Source: Diplonema japonicum
Lineage: Eukaryota > Protista > Euglenozoa: Diplonemea
Assembly (NCBI GenBank): GCA_964019335.1
Contig: OZ025739.1
Coordinates: forward strand, 62,001-126,000
Direction: 5' to 3'
DNA: 64,000 bases
Made by a program: the position numbers and the translations under genes. A model generated the notes under the pieces. That model saw only the letters and a program-made list of their open reading frames with translations, was not told where the DNA came from and ran no database searches. Below are positions 12,233 to 23,522 of this stretch, one piece after another; the stretch's first letter is position 1; each line of letters begins with the position of its first letter.

Positions 12233-12544
12233 CAGTAGTTAGTTTGCTTGTTTATCTGCCTCCCACGTGGAAAGCAGGAAAGGGAAGAAGGAAGGGGGGG
12301 GGGGGGGGGGGGATATGATGAACTTCCGTTTATCTATCTTCTTGTTTTCTTCTCTTCGCATGATATTTGCTTCTCCTTTCAATCTAGCAAATCACGGAAA
12401 AGGAGAGTGCGGCAGCAACGTGGAAGGAACACACGCAATGTGTGGCGACGGCCGATGCTATTGAGCAACAGTTGAACTTCCTGGGGTGGGGGCAAATTGT
12501 AAACAAAACAAAAAAAAATTCCAGTTGGGGTTTTTTAAAAAAAA

Positions 12545-15500
12545 ATGGAGCAATGCAGCGAAGAAGAGTTCAACAACCTGCTCAAAGATATCGAAGAGGA
12601 AAAACAGCACCAGCCCCCGTTATATGAAGGACGGGAAAGGGCGGTTTTGGACGAAGTGTTCTTCAGGAGAAGGCGGTGGCTGGAAACCGGAAGCGAGCGA
12701 CACAAAGGATTTGCCGGGTTTTACGAGAAATACAGGGGCAGGTGGAAGAACGACAAAGGCGCGGTTGTGAAGGAGGAGAAAAGCATGGTGGAAAAGAGAA
12801 GAAAAGCGGGAATGCCCGGGGTGTACCATCCAAAACTGTGCCGAAACTTTTTTCTCGACACCCCGAAGGATATTCCGGAAGGAGCGCTAAGCGGTGTTAC
12901 GAACAAACAGGTAAACACCTTCAACGACGCGGTCAACATGTACGAGTGGTTCAACCAGAAAAAATCTTTCATGAAGCTCAAAAAAATGATGATATCAAAG
13001 ACAACCCTCCCGGCATCGACTTTCAAACCGAAAATTGTGGCCGCGCTCGCCGAAAACACCATTGTGATTATCGCAGGCGACACAGGGTGTGGCAAGTCAA
13101 CCCAAATCCCTCAATATTTCCTCGAAGCGGGTTATAAAAACATAGCAGTCACACAACCACGAAGGCTTGCCGCAATATCATTGGCCAAACGTGTTGCGGA
13201 CGAACTCGTCAGCAAAAAGGGCAACCTTGTGGGGTACCAAGTTCGCTTTGATACAAAGCGCAACAAGGAGAAAACGAAACTAACCTTCCTCACAGAGGGC
13301 ATTCTCATGAGGTACATCATCTCCGGGCAGTTCTACGACTGGGACGTTGTTGTCGTGGACGAAGTACACGAGCGATCTCTCACCACAGACTTTCTCCTCG
13401 GATGTCTCAAAACCCTGCACCAACAGAGACCGTTCAAATGGGTCCTTATGTCTGCCACCATAAACATCGAATCATTTCAAGAATGGATTTCCAGCCCCGC
13501 TCCGATACCAATCACGATTCCGGGGAGGACATTCCCAGTTACGCTGACACACCTAACTGAAGACCAAATGAACACCCACACTTTCGTCAAACAAAACAAA
13601 AATGGTGTTGCGAAACCCTCCACCTCGACGGATGGTTTCAACACAGGACCATACGTCGCCTTGCTGAATGAGATCAACGCAAAGCACCCTATCGACAAGG
13701 AGAGGGGGGATGTTTTGATCTTTGTTCCCGGTGTTCTGGAGATCGAAGCCTTGCACGCCGACCTTCGCAGCGTCGTTAAAAACATTTACACACTGCCCCT
13801 TCACGCGGGGCTCGAACAGGACGAGCAAGACAGAATCTTCAAACCCACCCCCGAAGGTGTCCGCAAGGTCGTGCTGTCCACAAACATCGCTGAAACCTCG
13901 ATCACAGTGAACAACATACGATTCGTTCTCGACAGCGGTCGTGTCAAAATTATGAAGTACGACCAGGAGGCAAAGATCTCCTCTCTTCAAGAGACTTGGG
14001 TCAGCAAAGCATCTGCCAAGCAGAGGATGGGCCGTGCTGGCAGGACAGCACCCGGTCATTGCTACCGTTTGTATAGCGAATCGGAGTTCAACCTATTCAC
14101 AGAGTTCACAGAGCCAGAGATAAAACGCACGCCGCTCACGACAGTGCTGCTGCAGATCATGTCCGTGCACAGTGGGGACGTGCGTGGGTTTCCCTTCATC
14201 GACAAGCCCAGCTCTAATGACATCGAGGCCTCCTTGCGGTATCTTGTGGGGTCGGGGTGTGCCACACCGCCGCCTCTTGAGCGGCTGACCCCCCTTGGTA
14301 CCGCGCTGTCTGCTCTCCCTGTTGACATCGATGCAGGGAAGCTGATCATCCTCGGTGCGGTGCTCCCCTCCATCACTGACACTGTCCTTTCTATCGCCGC
14401 GGCAATGAGCGTCCAATCGATATTCCACAGAACGGGGATGAACCTCACACCCGGGTCGCATGGGTACCTCCTTCGGCACAAGTACGACACCCTCGATGGC
14501 GACTGGTTCACTTTCCACAAGATCTTCACTCGATGGTGCCAACAGCAGCGCGACAGTATTGATACTCGCAAGTGGTGCAGGGACAGGTACCTCAACGAGA
14601 ACAGGCTGAGGGAGGTACTGAAAATCAAAAAACAATATCTAGACCTGCTCAAAGAGCGTGGCCTGATTGCGGAGCAACGCCAGGTCAGAAGACAAGAGAA
14701 GCGCAAGTTCCATCGACAGCAGTCCGAAGAGGTCGAGTCTGCGTTCCTGAACATCTCCGCACTGAACGCCGACGAACTACTGCCGAAAGACGCGGTCCTG
14801 CTGAAGGCGGTACTGGGGATGAGTCAGTACGATAACCTCGCAGTTGTGAACCGGGCCACTGTTGCGGAAGGGACCCCGTCCAGGATGGCAGGAGGGTATC
14901 TCCGCACACTTCACAAAGACAACGTGCACGTGCACCCCTCTTCTGTCCATTCTGATGTGAAGCTAGCAGAGCAAATGCTCCCCACCGAGTGTTTGGTGTA
15001 CCAGAAGCTTCTCGAGACCCATAAACTGTACCTGCTGAACACGACGAAGGCACCCTTCATACCGCTGCTGCTGCTTGGCGGGAAGTCACTAGACATCGAA
15101 AAAGGAGAGGGAACCAGCATCCTTGTGGACTACCACACGATGCTGACGTTCAACACAGTGGAAGCCCTGCGAAGTGTGGTGAAGAGCACCCTGTGCATCA
15201 GGAGAATGCTGGATAAGGCGGTGGGAGATCTGGTAAAAGCAAATGTGGATGACGAAGCTGGGCTGTCCTTTGACGACCTCCCGCAATGGGTAGCAACTAC
15301 ACTGCAGGGCATCGCTCGTGTTGCGACTACTACTCTTCCCAACGATGTGCGCTACTTCCTCACGCAGCCCTTTGACGCTACCGTCAAGGCAGTACCCTTC
15401 ACTTCGGCTGTCTCCTGCCTCCTCCCGCCGACTGTCATCTCAGAACACGCTGATGTACTTTCTGCCAACCCCGCACTGTTGGCCTCCCTTAAGACAGGGA

Positions 15501-15673
15501 GGCAAGTTCCCCGGTCTCCCTTCTTATGGTACGGGTCGCTGTTAAAGACTGACATATCCGTGGCGGTGAGCATCTCTGTCCACACGCGGTGTGTGTACCG
15601 TTGCAAGAAGTGCGGTGTTGAAGAGTTGTGGAACGCAGTGGAGGTCGCGGAGCATGAAGGGAAATGTCACTGA
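12545..15673 (+). CDS. DHX34: DEAH-box RNA helicase, DHX34-like
   Basis: AGDTGCGKSTQIPQY, TQPRRLAA, DEVHER, MSAT, STNIAETSIT and QRMGRAGRT motifs, HA2/OB region, and C-terminal CKKC..H...C finger typical of DHX34. Confidence 0.85.
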   Translation: MEQCSEEEFNNLLKDIEEEKQHQPPLYEGRERAVLDEVFFRRRRWLETGSERHKGFAGFYEKYRGRWKNDKGAVVKEEKSMVEKRRKAGMPGVYHPKLCRNFFLDTPKDIPEGALSGVTNKQVNTFNDAVNMYEWFNQKKSFMKLKKMMISKTTLPASTFKPKIVAALAENTIVIIAGDTGCGKSTQIPQYFLEAGYKNIAVTQPRRLAAISLAKRVADELVSKKGNLVGYQVRFDTKRNKEKTKLTFLTEGILMRYIISGQFYDWDVVVVDEVHERSLTTDFLLGCLKTLHQQRPFKWVLMSATINIESFQEWISSPAPIPITIPGRTFPVTLTHLTEDQMNTHTFVKQNKNGVAKPSTSTDGFNTGPYVALLNEINAKHPIDKERGDVLIFVPGVLEIEALHADLRSVVKNIYTLPLHAGLEQDEQDRIFKPTPEGVRKVVLSTNIAETSITVNNIRFVLDSGRVKIMKYDQEAKISSLQETWVSKASAKQRMGRAGRTAPGHCYRLYSESEFNLFTEFTEPEIKRTPLTTVLLQIMSVHSGDVRGFPFIDKPSSNDIEASLRYLVGSGCATPPPLERLTPLGTALSALPVDIDAGKLIILGAVLPSITDTVLSIAAAMSVQSIFHRTGMNLTPGSHGYLLRHKYDTLDGDWFTFHKIFTRWCQQQRDSIDTRKWCRDRYLNENRLREVLKIKKQYLDLLKERGLIAEQRQVRRQEKRKFHRQQSEEVESAFLNISALNADELLPKDAVLLKAVLGMSQYDNLAVVNRATVAEGTPSRMAGGYLRTLHKDNVHVHPSSVHSDVKLAEQMLPTECLVYQKLLETHKLYLLNTTKAPFIPLLLLGGKSLDIEKGEGTSILVDYHTMLTFNTVEALRSVVKSTLCIRRMLDKAVGDLVKANVDDEAGLSFDDLPQWVATTLQGIARVATTTLPNDVRYFLTQPFDATVKAVPFTSAVSCLLPPTVISEHADVLSANPALLASLKTGRQVPRSPFLWYGSLLKTDISVAVSISVHTRCVYRCKKCGVEELWNAVEVAEHEGKCH

Positions 15674-15766
15674 AAAAAAAAGAAAAAAGATTTTTTTTAC
15701 CCCCCCTATTACTTATCGTTTCCATTTGTAACAACCACACTTCAGAAAACGGGCATCACAAAGAAT

Positions 15767-16838
15767 ATGTTACGCCGTGCTCTCTGTGCTCAGGGGAGAT
15801 GGTACGCCTCTGCAGCATCCACATCCACCCCTACCCCCACCCCCCAACCCACCGCCCAGGCAGGAGCAGCGGCTAAGAAGGAGGAGCCCGTGAAGAAGAC
15901 GGCAGCCCCCACGCCGTCGAGGAGCATCCCGACACAGAAGGTGGAGGAGAAGAAGGTGGAAGCACCGAAAGCTCCGGAAGCGAAGAAGCCGGAGCCCGTG
16001 AAAGAGGTGAAAGAGGTGAAGGAGGTGTCGACAGAAATGGCGGTTAAGGTGAGCGAGCTGGACAAGTTGTTGGAAAAGCAGCACCAGATGCTGAAGAGGA
16101 TGAGCGAAGGTATGCCACAAGAAAGGCGAACAACCCCCACAACAGAGATCGAGATTGCGAGAGGTGAGCGCAAGGCAGAGGAGGAGATCACCGGCGAGAC
16201 CCACATTCGTGACGTGCCCAAGATGCTACAATTCCAGGCAAGGAAGAAGGCAGGGGCACTAGGCGTGAAGTATACATTCCCTCCAATTTAAAAAAAAAAA
16301 AAAAACAGAGCGAAGGAAGCGAGGTTTTCAATGCAGGAAATGATGGCGCAGCAGAGCCAACTGGCCCTGGAGTCTGCTGTGGAAAGGAGAAGGCAGTTGA
16401 GTGAACTGAACAGGTTTACAACAAAAAAAAAAAAAAGAGGGAAAAAAAAATCACAGGGAGAACCAACTGCCGTGGCAGAAGGACAAGCCTAAGGACCTGT
16501 ACATGGCAACTGGTAAGTGGTTCCTGAGGCAGCAGCAGGGCACAGAAGCACCTGTTTGGATGACAGCGGTGGAGGTTGGCGTGATTTTGTTGGTCTTTGT
16601 GTTCTGGTGGCTGCAGGCAAGAAGGAGCAAAAAGAAGATTGCACACGTGGGCGCAGTTTTGACCGACATCGATGCTGAAACAAGCTCTTCCATTGCCTCC
16701 GTCTCCACCGCACTCGCGATGTACAAAGATTCCGTGTCAAAGCGAGACGACGAGATCAGAGAGATACAGATGTACAGCAATGAGCAATCTGTCACCATTG
16801 ACAGCCTTGCAAGGTGTATCTCCGATGACAAGAAATAG
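15767..16838 (+). CDS. Probable mitochondrial single-pass membrane protein; introns 16270-16308, 16414-16456
   Basis: MLRRALCAQGRWYAS presequence. Two introns join the 15767 and 16503 ORFs in frame. TM segment VEVGVILLVFVFWWL. Confidence 0.75.
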
Positions 16839-17329
16839 AAATGTGGGCTTTTTTGAAATTCCATTTCTTTTGTGTGCTCACAAAAAAAAAAAAAAAAGTT
16901 GTCCCGCCCACCCCATTTCCCATTTAGATTAAAAAAAAAAATCGAAAGAAAAAAAAATTTTTTTTTCCGGGTTTCCCCCCTTTTTTTTATTCTTTATTTT
17001 TTTTATTACTTTTTTTCCCCTCCATTGACGGCGTTACGACAGCGATGGGAAGAAAGGAGGGAGGGGGAGGGGGGGACTCGATACTTCCTGTTGTACATCT
17101 CAATATACAACTACGCCCCCTACGCCTTTTCTTTTTTAGTGTAAATTTCTTCTTTATACGAAAGTAATGAAATGTCCCCCCCCCCCCCCAATTCCCCCCA
17201 GCCACCTTCTTTTTTCTTTTCTTTTTTTATCTCGAGTATTCTCCTCCCCCCCTTTTTTTTACCGAAGTAAAAAAATGAAGAAGAAAAAAAAAGAGTAGCA
17301 AACACCAAATAACAAAAAAAAAAAGGAAT

Positions 17330-17887
17330 ATGTTACGTAATTGTAGGTTTCTTTTTAATGAAGCAAAAATACAGCCGGTGGTTCTGGACAGCTTGCTGAG
17401 GAGGACCGCGGAGAAGCAAAGCAAGGTGGGTAATATAACAAGACAGATCAAAATGGTGAAACAAGGGCGGCTTGACTACGAGCAGGCATCACCGAAAGCA
17501 AGAGGCCTCTTAAACTCGTTAGATAGTTCCAACCCTAGAAACAAATCTCATATCGTAGAAAATATTCGGCAGTCCTACGTGCATTCTCAAGTGGAGAGGA
17601 AGGAGCAAAAACTTGAAAAGATTTCCCGTTTACGCGCAAGGACAAGTAAAACAACTGATATCTGGTTTGCTCCATCAGAGGAGCTTTTGGAACAGGATAG
17701 AAAACAATTACGTCTTGCCAGCACGGCCAACGCAAAGGCGCGGAAGGAGCGGGAGAGGGAACGACAATTTGCACGCAGGCAAAGCCAGGCGCACGCCCCG
17801 CACCCCACAGCCCTCCCGCGGCATTTTTCACGATCGCACAAAAACAGCCCTCACTGGGGTCAATCAGGCACCAAATCCTACCATTAA
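17330..17887 (+). CDS. Hypothetical protein, probably mitochondrion-targeted
   Basis: MLRNCRFLF N-terminus; basic helical 185-aa ORF. Confidence 0.7.
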   Translation: MLRNCRFLFNEAKIQPVVLDSLLRRTAEKQSKVGNITRQIKMVKQGRLDYEQASPKARGLLNSLDSSNPRNKSHIVENIRQSYVHSQVERKEQKLEKISRLRARTSKTTDIWFAPSEELLEQDRKQLRLASTANAKARKERERERQFARRQSQAHAPHPTALPRHFSRSHKNSPHWGQSGTKSYH

Positions 17888-18083
17888 TGTGGTACCCAAT
17901 TTTTTTTTGTATTATATTTATATTATTATCGCGTAATTTTTTCCCCCCTCCCCTCCCCTCCCCTCAACGGATGGCAGTATCGTTGTGTAATCCCACGTAC
18001 GGTAGGTTTGGCTGTACTTTTCAAAAAAAAAAAAAAAAAAAAAAAGCAAAACACAAATTACAAAGAAAAAAAAATAAAATAAA

Positions 18084-18608
18084 ATGGACGGGTTCACCCC
18101 CAACCTGGGAGGGGGCATGAAGAGGGGCCGGTCGCCCGAACAGGAAGGGGGCGTCGGAAAGCAGCAGAAAATAGAGCTCTTTCCCGACTTGAACGAACAG
18201 CAGGTTGAAGGTATTGATTACTTTTACAAAAAAACACACCACAAAAAAAAAACTTTTTTTTTACAGCGTTGTTATCCATCACACACCGAGGAAGGCTGAG
18301 GAGTTACCAGCACGCAGACGGCTACGGGTTTATTGAGTGCCAAGGCCTCAAGGGATATGGGTACGAGCGGGACGTGTTTGTCCACTACAAGGAGCTCCCA
18401 CAGGTTGTCCCCCCTTGCGGGTCAGCATTGTCCTTCATGATCAGGAAGAACCCGAAAGGGCTGATACAGGCTGCTAATGTCACTGTTGTCCCAGAGGACC
18501 AAGCCATCGACCTCCCAGCAACCGAGCACAAGACAGAGACACCCATTGGTGACAGGATATTTTCCGGCGTTGTAAAAAGCTTCACACAAGGAAACGGACC
18601 CGGTATGG

Positions 18609-18640
<32 letters not shown>

Positions 18641-19442
18641 AATCCAGGCGGCAAGGGCGGGTTCGGGTTCATCAAGTGCGACGACACGGAGAAGAACTAC
18701 GAGCGTGATGTGTTCCTTCACAGAAACCAGCTCACTGAAGGGCCCAACACGCCGCGTGACTTCGTTGTCGGCATGAAGCTCACCTTCCAAGTACAGCTCA
18801 ACGCACGAAACATGCCTCAAGCACGTAACGTTAAAATCCTGGATGACCAGCCTCCTGGTATGAAAAAAAGTTTTTACGAGAAATTTTTTTTCACCCACAG
18901 AGGTGAAGCAACAAATGATGTTATTGATGAGCACCCAGCCTGCGTACACCCCCTACCCAAACAGCGTTGGCGGTAAGAAAGGAGGAAAAGGTAGCAGTGT
19001 AGGAAGTGGTAGCGGTCCCACTGGGTACCAAAGAGATAGGGGTGCGAGCGGTGGGATGAACTTTCCAGGGATAGGGGTTGGTGGTGGTGGTGGTGGTGTT
19101 AGCGTACCCGATGTTGGGTTCACAGGGGTGCCAAGTGGAGGTGGGCACTTCAACGCAGGTGTGGGGCTGGAGCCCCCTCCCCCAATGTACCAGGCGTCCA
19201 TTAACGATGTTCCTTTACTAGGTCTCTCGGGGTGCCTTGACCCAGCCCTCCTCCAGCAACTCAACGCCGACCCCGCTGCTTCTCTCTTAACCGCGCTTCA
19301 GACCCTTGCAGCCGCACAGCCCCCCTCCTTCGCTCCGCAGTATCGAAAGCCTCTCCCACCGCCAGCATCTCTCAACAGCGCTAGCAACGTCAGCATCAAC
19401 GCCAGTGCGCTAGCCTCCCTTGCACAGTCGGGTCTTCTGTGA
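18084..19442 (+). CDS. Tandem cold-shock-domain nucleic-acid-binding protein; introns 18211-18266, 18603-18647, 18858-18900
   Basis: Two CSDs (GYGFIEC..RDVFVH..QAANV; GFGFIKC..RDVFLH..PQARNV) and a Gly/Pro low-complexity tail. The introns join three ORFs in frame. Confidence 0.85.
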
Positions 19443-19683
19443 GAGAAAGAAAGAAGAAAAAGGAACCGAGGCGATCAAAAAAAAAAAGTGTTGGAAGATG
19501 ACCGAAGAAAGCGAAACTAAAAAACCGACACGGGACTTTTTTTTTTTTTCTATACTGCATTCCTTTATTAAGCCAGAAAAAAAAAAAAGAAAAAAAAAAA
19601 AAACGTATCGCAGGGGTGGGTGGAGCGGGGGGAGGAGGGGGAAAGAGAAGGGAGAGTGGGGGGGAAGGACAGCTGAAAAATAA

Positions 19684-21402
19684 ATGGCGATCACTAGCAG
19701 GGCAGGCAGGGGGGGATGCTTCCCGCAGCAGACAACGGGGGCTGGGATCGGTCCTGGAAGCTACCAAACTCTGGGGAATGGGTTGTTGAAGGGGAGCTCG
19801 GGGAAGTACAGCATCCCTCCGTTTAGCAGCAGCGTAGAGCGAGGGGGTGGTGTGGTAGTCGCCCAGACACCGGGGCCGGGGCACTACTCATCACCGGCCC
19901 CGGGCGCAGGGGGGGAGTTAACAGGAAGCAAGATGTCCTCACAGTTCGCCTCAAAAACAGCCAGGATGTACACAGACCTCACTCTTACGAAGAAGTCCGT
20001 GACCCCTGGGCCAGGCTCCTATTCCGCCTCCGAGCTGTGGGTCCACTCCACCCCCGCCCCCGTTTCAAAATCCCAAAAAAACAACAAAATAATAAACTGG
20101 GTCAAGGTGGCAACCGCGCCTTCAATACCCGCCCCCACACAGTCCTATGGCTACGAAGAGGGCACAAAGGGCGAGTTGATACCAGGAAAGCCCCCGCATG
20201 CAGGGCACGCAGGGTGTGGTTATGACACTGCTGGGCCTGGTGAGTACGAGCCGTCAGACACGTTACAAAAGAAAAAGCCTGCTGCGTTGAACTTCGGGAA
20301 GTCCAGAACGGGACGGGGTGTTGGCGATGTGGCGAAGGAGGTTGCAACGGCACCAGGTCCGGGGCACTACAACCCCTCGGTGCGGCAACAGGAACCCACA
20401 GACGAGGAGAAGAAACTAAACAGCGTCTTCGCTTCCGCCACAAAACGCGTGTTCGTGTCAAAGGAGGCCGCTTCCAAACCAGGGCCCGGTACCTACAACG
20501 CACCATTGGGGTTTGCCGCACACGCGACACAAATGGCAGCGTTGAATCCGAACTCCGCACAAGCCTTTGGGATGACGCTCCCAAAGCATGAAGCGATGGC
20601 CATCGCACCGAAAGAATCACCAGGACCGGGACAGTACAAGTGCCAATCGAACTTCGACTCGCAAAAAGATAAATGGGCTGTCACCCACGGAGGGTTCTCG
20701 ACCACAAGCGTGCGGTTCAACGCACCAGCGACAACGGAGAAGCAAACCCCAGGACCGGGGCATTACACAGACGGAACGGAAGGGAACACGGCACTGTCTT
20801 CAAAGCTGCACCGAAGGATGAACGGGCGGTACGGGGTGTTCGGGACGACTTCTCAAAGATTCCCTTCGCAAAAAATTGAGAAGGAGCTCGGTCCCGGTTC
20901 TTACGATCCTAAGACGGTCTTGAAGCCTGCCGATGCCAGGCGTAAGGATATGCGGATGGCAGCCTTTGTCAGCAATGTTGCGAGGATGCCAAAGGCCAAG
21001 CACAGCACACCAGGTGTCGGTGAGTATGACGCGTCACGAAGCTCAGGCGTCCCTGGTGGTTTCGTTCCTGGTGAGCTGCGTTTCAAACCCGAGAAGCCCA
21101 GCCAGTCACCAGGGCCAGGTGAGTACGTAGCTTCGCACGGCACGATCGACGCAAAGATCCTCGGCCCTCCTGTTCTCGTCAACGGCAAACTTACCCGCCT
21201 TCAGAACGGCACCACAGATAAATCGGGCTCCAAGCGGTCTATAGGAGATCGCGCACTCCGTTTCCCTGTCAACAAGCTTGCTCATCAACCGGGACCCGGA
21301 CATTACGAGACGGTGTGTTCCGAGGGGGAAAAAAAAAAAATACAGAACGGAACGCTCATAAAGCGGACCTTCAACATTACAATCGGAGACACGTGGGATT
21401 GA
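19684..21402 (+). CDS. STPG2: Sperm-tail PG-rich repeat (SHIPPO) protein, STPG2-like; probable in-frame intron 21313-21345
   Basis: Many PGPGxY repeats, APSIPAPTQSYGYEE motif and C-terminal TLIKRTFNIT. Confidence 0.75.
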   Translation: MAITSRAGRGGCFPQQTTGAGIGPGSYQTLGNGLLKGSSGKYSIPPFSSSVERGGGVVVAQTPGPGHYSSPAPGAGGELTGSKMSSQFASKTARMYTDLTLTKKSVTPGPGSYSASELWVHSTPAPVSKSQKNNKIINWVKVATAPSIPAPTQSYGYEEGTKGELIPGKPPHAGHAGCGYDTAGPGEYEPSDTLQKKKPAALNFGKSRTGRGVGDVAKEVATAPGPGHYNPSVRQQEPTDEEKKLNSVFASATKRVFVSKEAASKPGPGTYNAPLGFAAHATQMAALNPNSAQAFGMTLPKHEAMAIAPKESPGPGQYKCQSNFDSQKDKWAVTHGGFSTTSVRFNAPATTEKQTPGPGHYTDGTEGNTALSSKLHRRMNGRYGVFGTTSQRFPSQKIEKELGPGSYDPKTVLKPADARRKDMRMAAFVSNVARMPKAKHSTPGVGEYDASRSSGVPGGFVPGELRFKPEKPSQSPGPGEYVASHGTIDAKILGPPVLVNGKLTRLQNGTTDKSGSKRSIGDRALRFPVNKLAHQPGPGHYETVCSEGEKKKIQNGTLIKRTFNITIGDTWD

Positions 21403-21891
21403 GAGAGAGAGAGATAATGGGCTAGTTTTCTTTTTTTTGTTTTTCTTTTTGTTCTCAGTACGAGTTTTTTTTTTGTTTTGCCCCTCCCCCCCCCCCCCCC
21501 CCCCCCCCCATCCTCATCCTTTTTTTTCTCTTCTCACTCATTTTTTTTTGTTTTTTCAGCCTTTTTTCTCTCTGAAAAGAGTCAGTATGTATCCACTTTT
21601 TTTTTCCTTGTTTATTCACGTTTCCCTTCATCTGATGCAAGTTTCCAATCATCCTGTGTGACAGCTGATAGGTTCCATGGAGTGGGAGCGGAGATGTCCC
21701 TCCAAGCAAAATTGTGCAATAAATAATACACCCTATGGAAAAAAAAAAAAGAAGAAGAAAAAAAAGAGAGAGGCGGAAAAGCTTTTTCCAGGGATAATAC
21801 TTACCAGTCTAATTTCTTCCTGCCAGACCTGGAATAATCCTATAACAAAAAAAAGGGGGAGAGAAGAAGAAAAAAAAAAGAAAAAAAAACC

Positions 21892-23250
21892 ATGACCAAG
21901 TTCCAACCTATGCCCGAGAGCATGATAGAAAGGGCGGTGGTGAGGTCTGAAGGGCTGTGCAGAGATCTTAAAAAAGCAAGGCAAGCAGGGGACCTGACGA
22001 GGGAGTTGCTCGGAGAGGATGTGAAGGACAAGGGGGCGGTGGGAAGCGAAGGGACAAAGATGAAACTGGAGTGCAAAGTCATGACAGCGGACGAGGTGAA
22101 CAGGATAACAGTGCGGTTCACAGACACCACAGGCGACGGTGGAGCACAGCTCCGAGAAATCCTGGACACCTACGGTGTGGCCATTGTGCAAGACACTGTA
22201 AATCCAGACGAGCTCGTTGTTTTCGAGGAAATGTGGAAAGCAGACCTCATGACACTCGCAGGCCACGCAAGTGAAGGCCGGCACCCCATGTGCGTCAAAA
22301 GCGCTTATAAGCACCTCGTCGAACAAGGTCCCACCCGCTGGCCTGCCTCCACGCCGCTTGGCACGAAGTTCGCCAATGTCGGCGGCCTCACCAGCGGCAC
22401 CTATGCATGGGCCTCCCGCATGCACCCCAACGTGAAGCAGGTCTTCCAGCACATCCACCAGGACGACGATCTCGTCGTGGGTATCGACAACGTCTTCTTC
22501 ACACCCGAGGGCAAGCCCCCTCTGAAGGACAACGACTACTGGCTCCATGCGGACCACAACACAACCGCGCCCCACCCAGGCGGTGCCACGCAATGTTACC
22601 AAGGCGTCCTGTACACCTGGCCTTCCACTTGCCCCACGGCCTCCACCACTGTAGTTTGCCCGAAAAGCCACACCGATGCCTATTCCACCCTCGTGTCCGA
22701 CCCAAAGTACGTTGGCAAAGGACATTTTCTCGCACACTTGACAGCAAGCAGCCCTGATGTGAAGAAGCTGATGCTGGCCATGGGACACTCGACAGCACGG
22801 AGGGTTCCCGTGCCTGCAGGAGGGTTGCTCTTGTGGGATTCGAAGCTCAGCCATCAGGGGTGGGCTGGAGGGAGAAGGCTGGCAATGCCAATCTGCTGGG
22901 AACCCAGGATGCACAGGCCCAAGGATGCATTGAGGAGGAAGCTGTGGATTGCAGCGACAGGCGTGCCCTCAACACACTGGGCAACACTGGGGGTCGTCCA
23001 CAGCTTGGCTCCTAAGAATGCTAGCACCGAGATGGTGCCTGGGTCCGACTCCGAGTGCGGGAGTGGCGCTGTGAAGCTCCCGTTGTACGCCTCGATCATC
23101 CCGTACTCCGTGAGGCCGGATAAGATAGCCGAATGGCAACAACTAGTTCCGCAGCTCTGGACAGGCAACGCAAAGTCGAGTGCGGCTGCGTTTAAAAAAA
23201 CAGCTAATGTTGAAGCTGTCTTGAAGGAGGAGGTGCTGAAGGCTCTGTGA
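21892..23250 (+). CDS. Phytanoyl-CoA dioxygenase-like Fe(II)/2-oxoglutarate oxygenase
   Basis: YGVAIV, W..RMHPNVKQVF, WLHADH (HxD), YQGVL, VCPKSH, VPAGGLLLWDSKLSHQG (distal His) and RLAMPICW. Confidence 0.85.
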   Translation: MTKFQPMPESMIERAVVRSEGLCRDLKKARQAGDLTRELLGEDVKDKGAVGSEGTKMKLECKVMTADEVNRITVRFTDTTGDGGAQLREILDTYGVAIVQDTVNPDELVVFEEMWKADLMTLAGHASEGRHPMCVKSAYKHLVEQGPTRWPASTPLGTKFANVGGLTSGTYAWASRMHPNVKQVFQHIHQDDDLVVGIDNVFFTPEGKPPLKDNDYWLHADHNTTAPHPGGATQCYQGVLYTWPSTCPTASTTVVCPKSHTDAYSTLVSDPKYVGKGHFLAHLTASSPDVKKLMLAMGHSTARRVPVPAGGLLLWDSKLSHQGWAGGRRLAMPICWEPRMHRPKDALRRKLWIAATGVPSTHWATLGVVHSLAPKNASTEMVPGSDSECGSGAVKLPLYASIIPYSVRPDKIAEWQQLVPQLWTGNAKSSAAAFKKTANVEAVLKEEVLKAL

Positions 23251-23522
23251 AAACACGAAAAGAATGAAGGTTCTCCCCCCCCCCCCCCCCCCTGCATTGT
23301 CGCACTCCGGTGCAGCAGCAAAAAAAAAAAAAAAAAAAAAAAGAGAAGAAAAAAACGACCACACTACTAACCCACGGTGAGGTTTGTAGGCGATCCTGTC
23401 ACATACTGCAGGTTCCCTTCAAAGACATCTTTTTTCCGAACCATTATACCACTTTGTCATCATCCCCTCATTGAACCTACAGGTAAAGTAAATACACACA
23501 AATAAAAAAAAACGGGGGAAGT

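Noticed and set aside
12316-12464. Possible secreted Cys-containing micropeptide (MMNFRLSIFLF...CGDGRCY)
   Set aside because: The hydrophobic start is just a T/C-rich tract, the Cys count is odd, and there is no other support.
21797-21840. ATACTTACC, similar to the U1 snRNA 5' end
   Set aside because: It continues AGTC rather than TGG, and no U1 stem-loops or Sm site follow before homopolymers resume.
21733-22914. Long minus-strand ORFs (393 aa here; also 1726-2580, 42124-43080, 49625-50380)
   Set aside because: They are antisense shadows of well-supported + strand genes and have no recognisable motifs.
23365-23371. TACTAAC yeast-type branch point upstream of the EB1-like gene
   Set aside because: Single occurrence, not seen in the reconstructed introns, and expected by chance.
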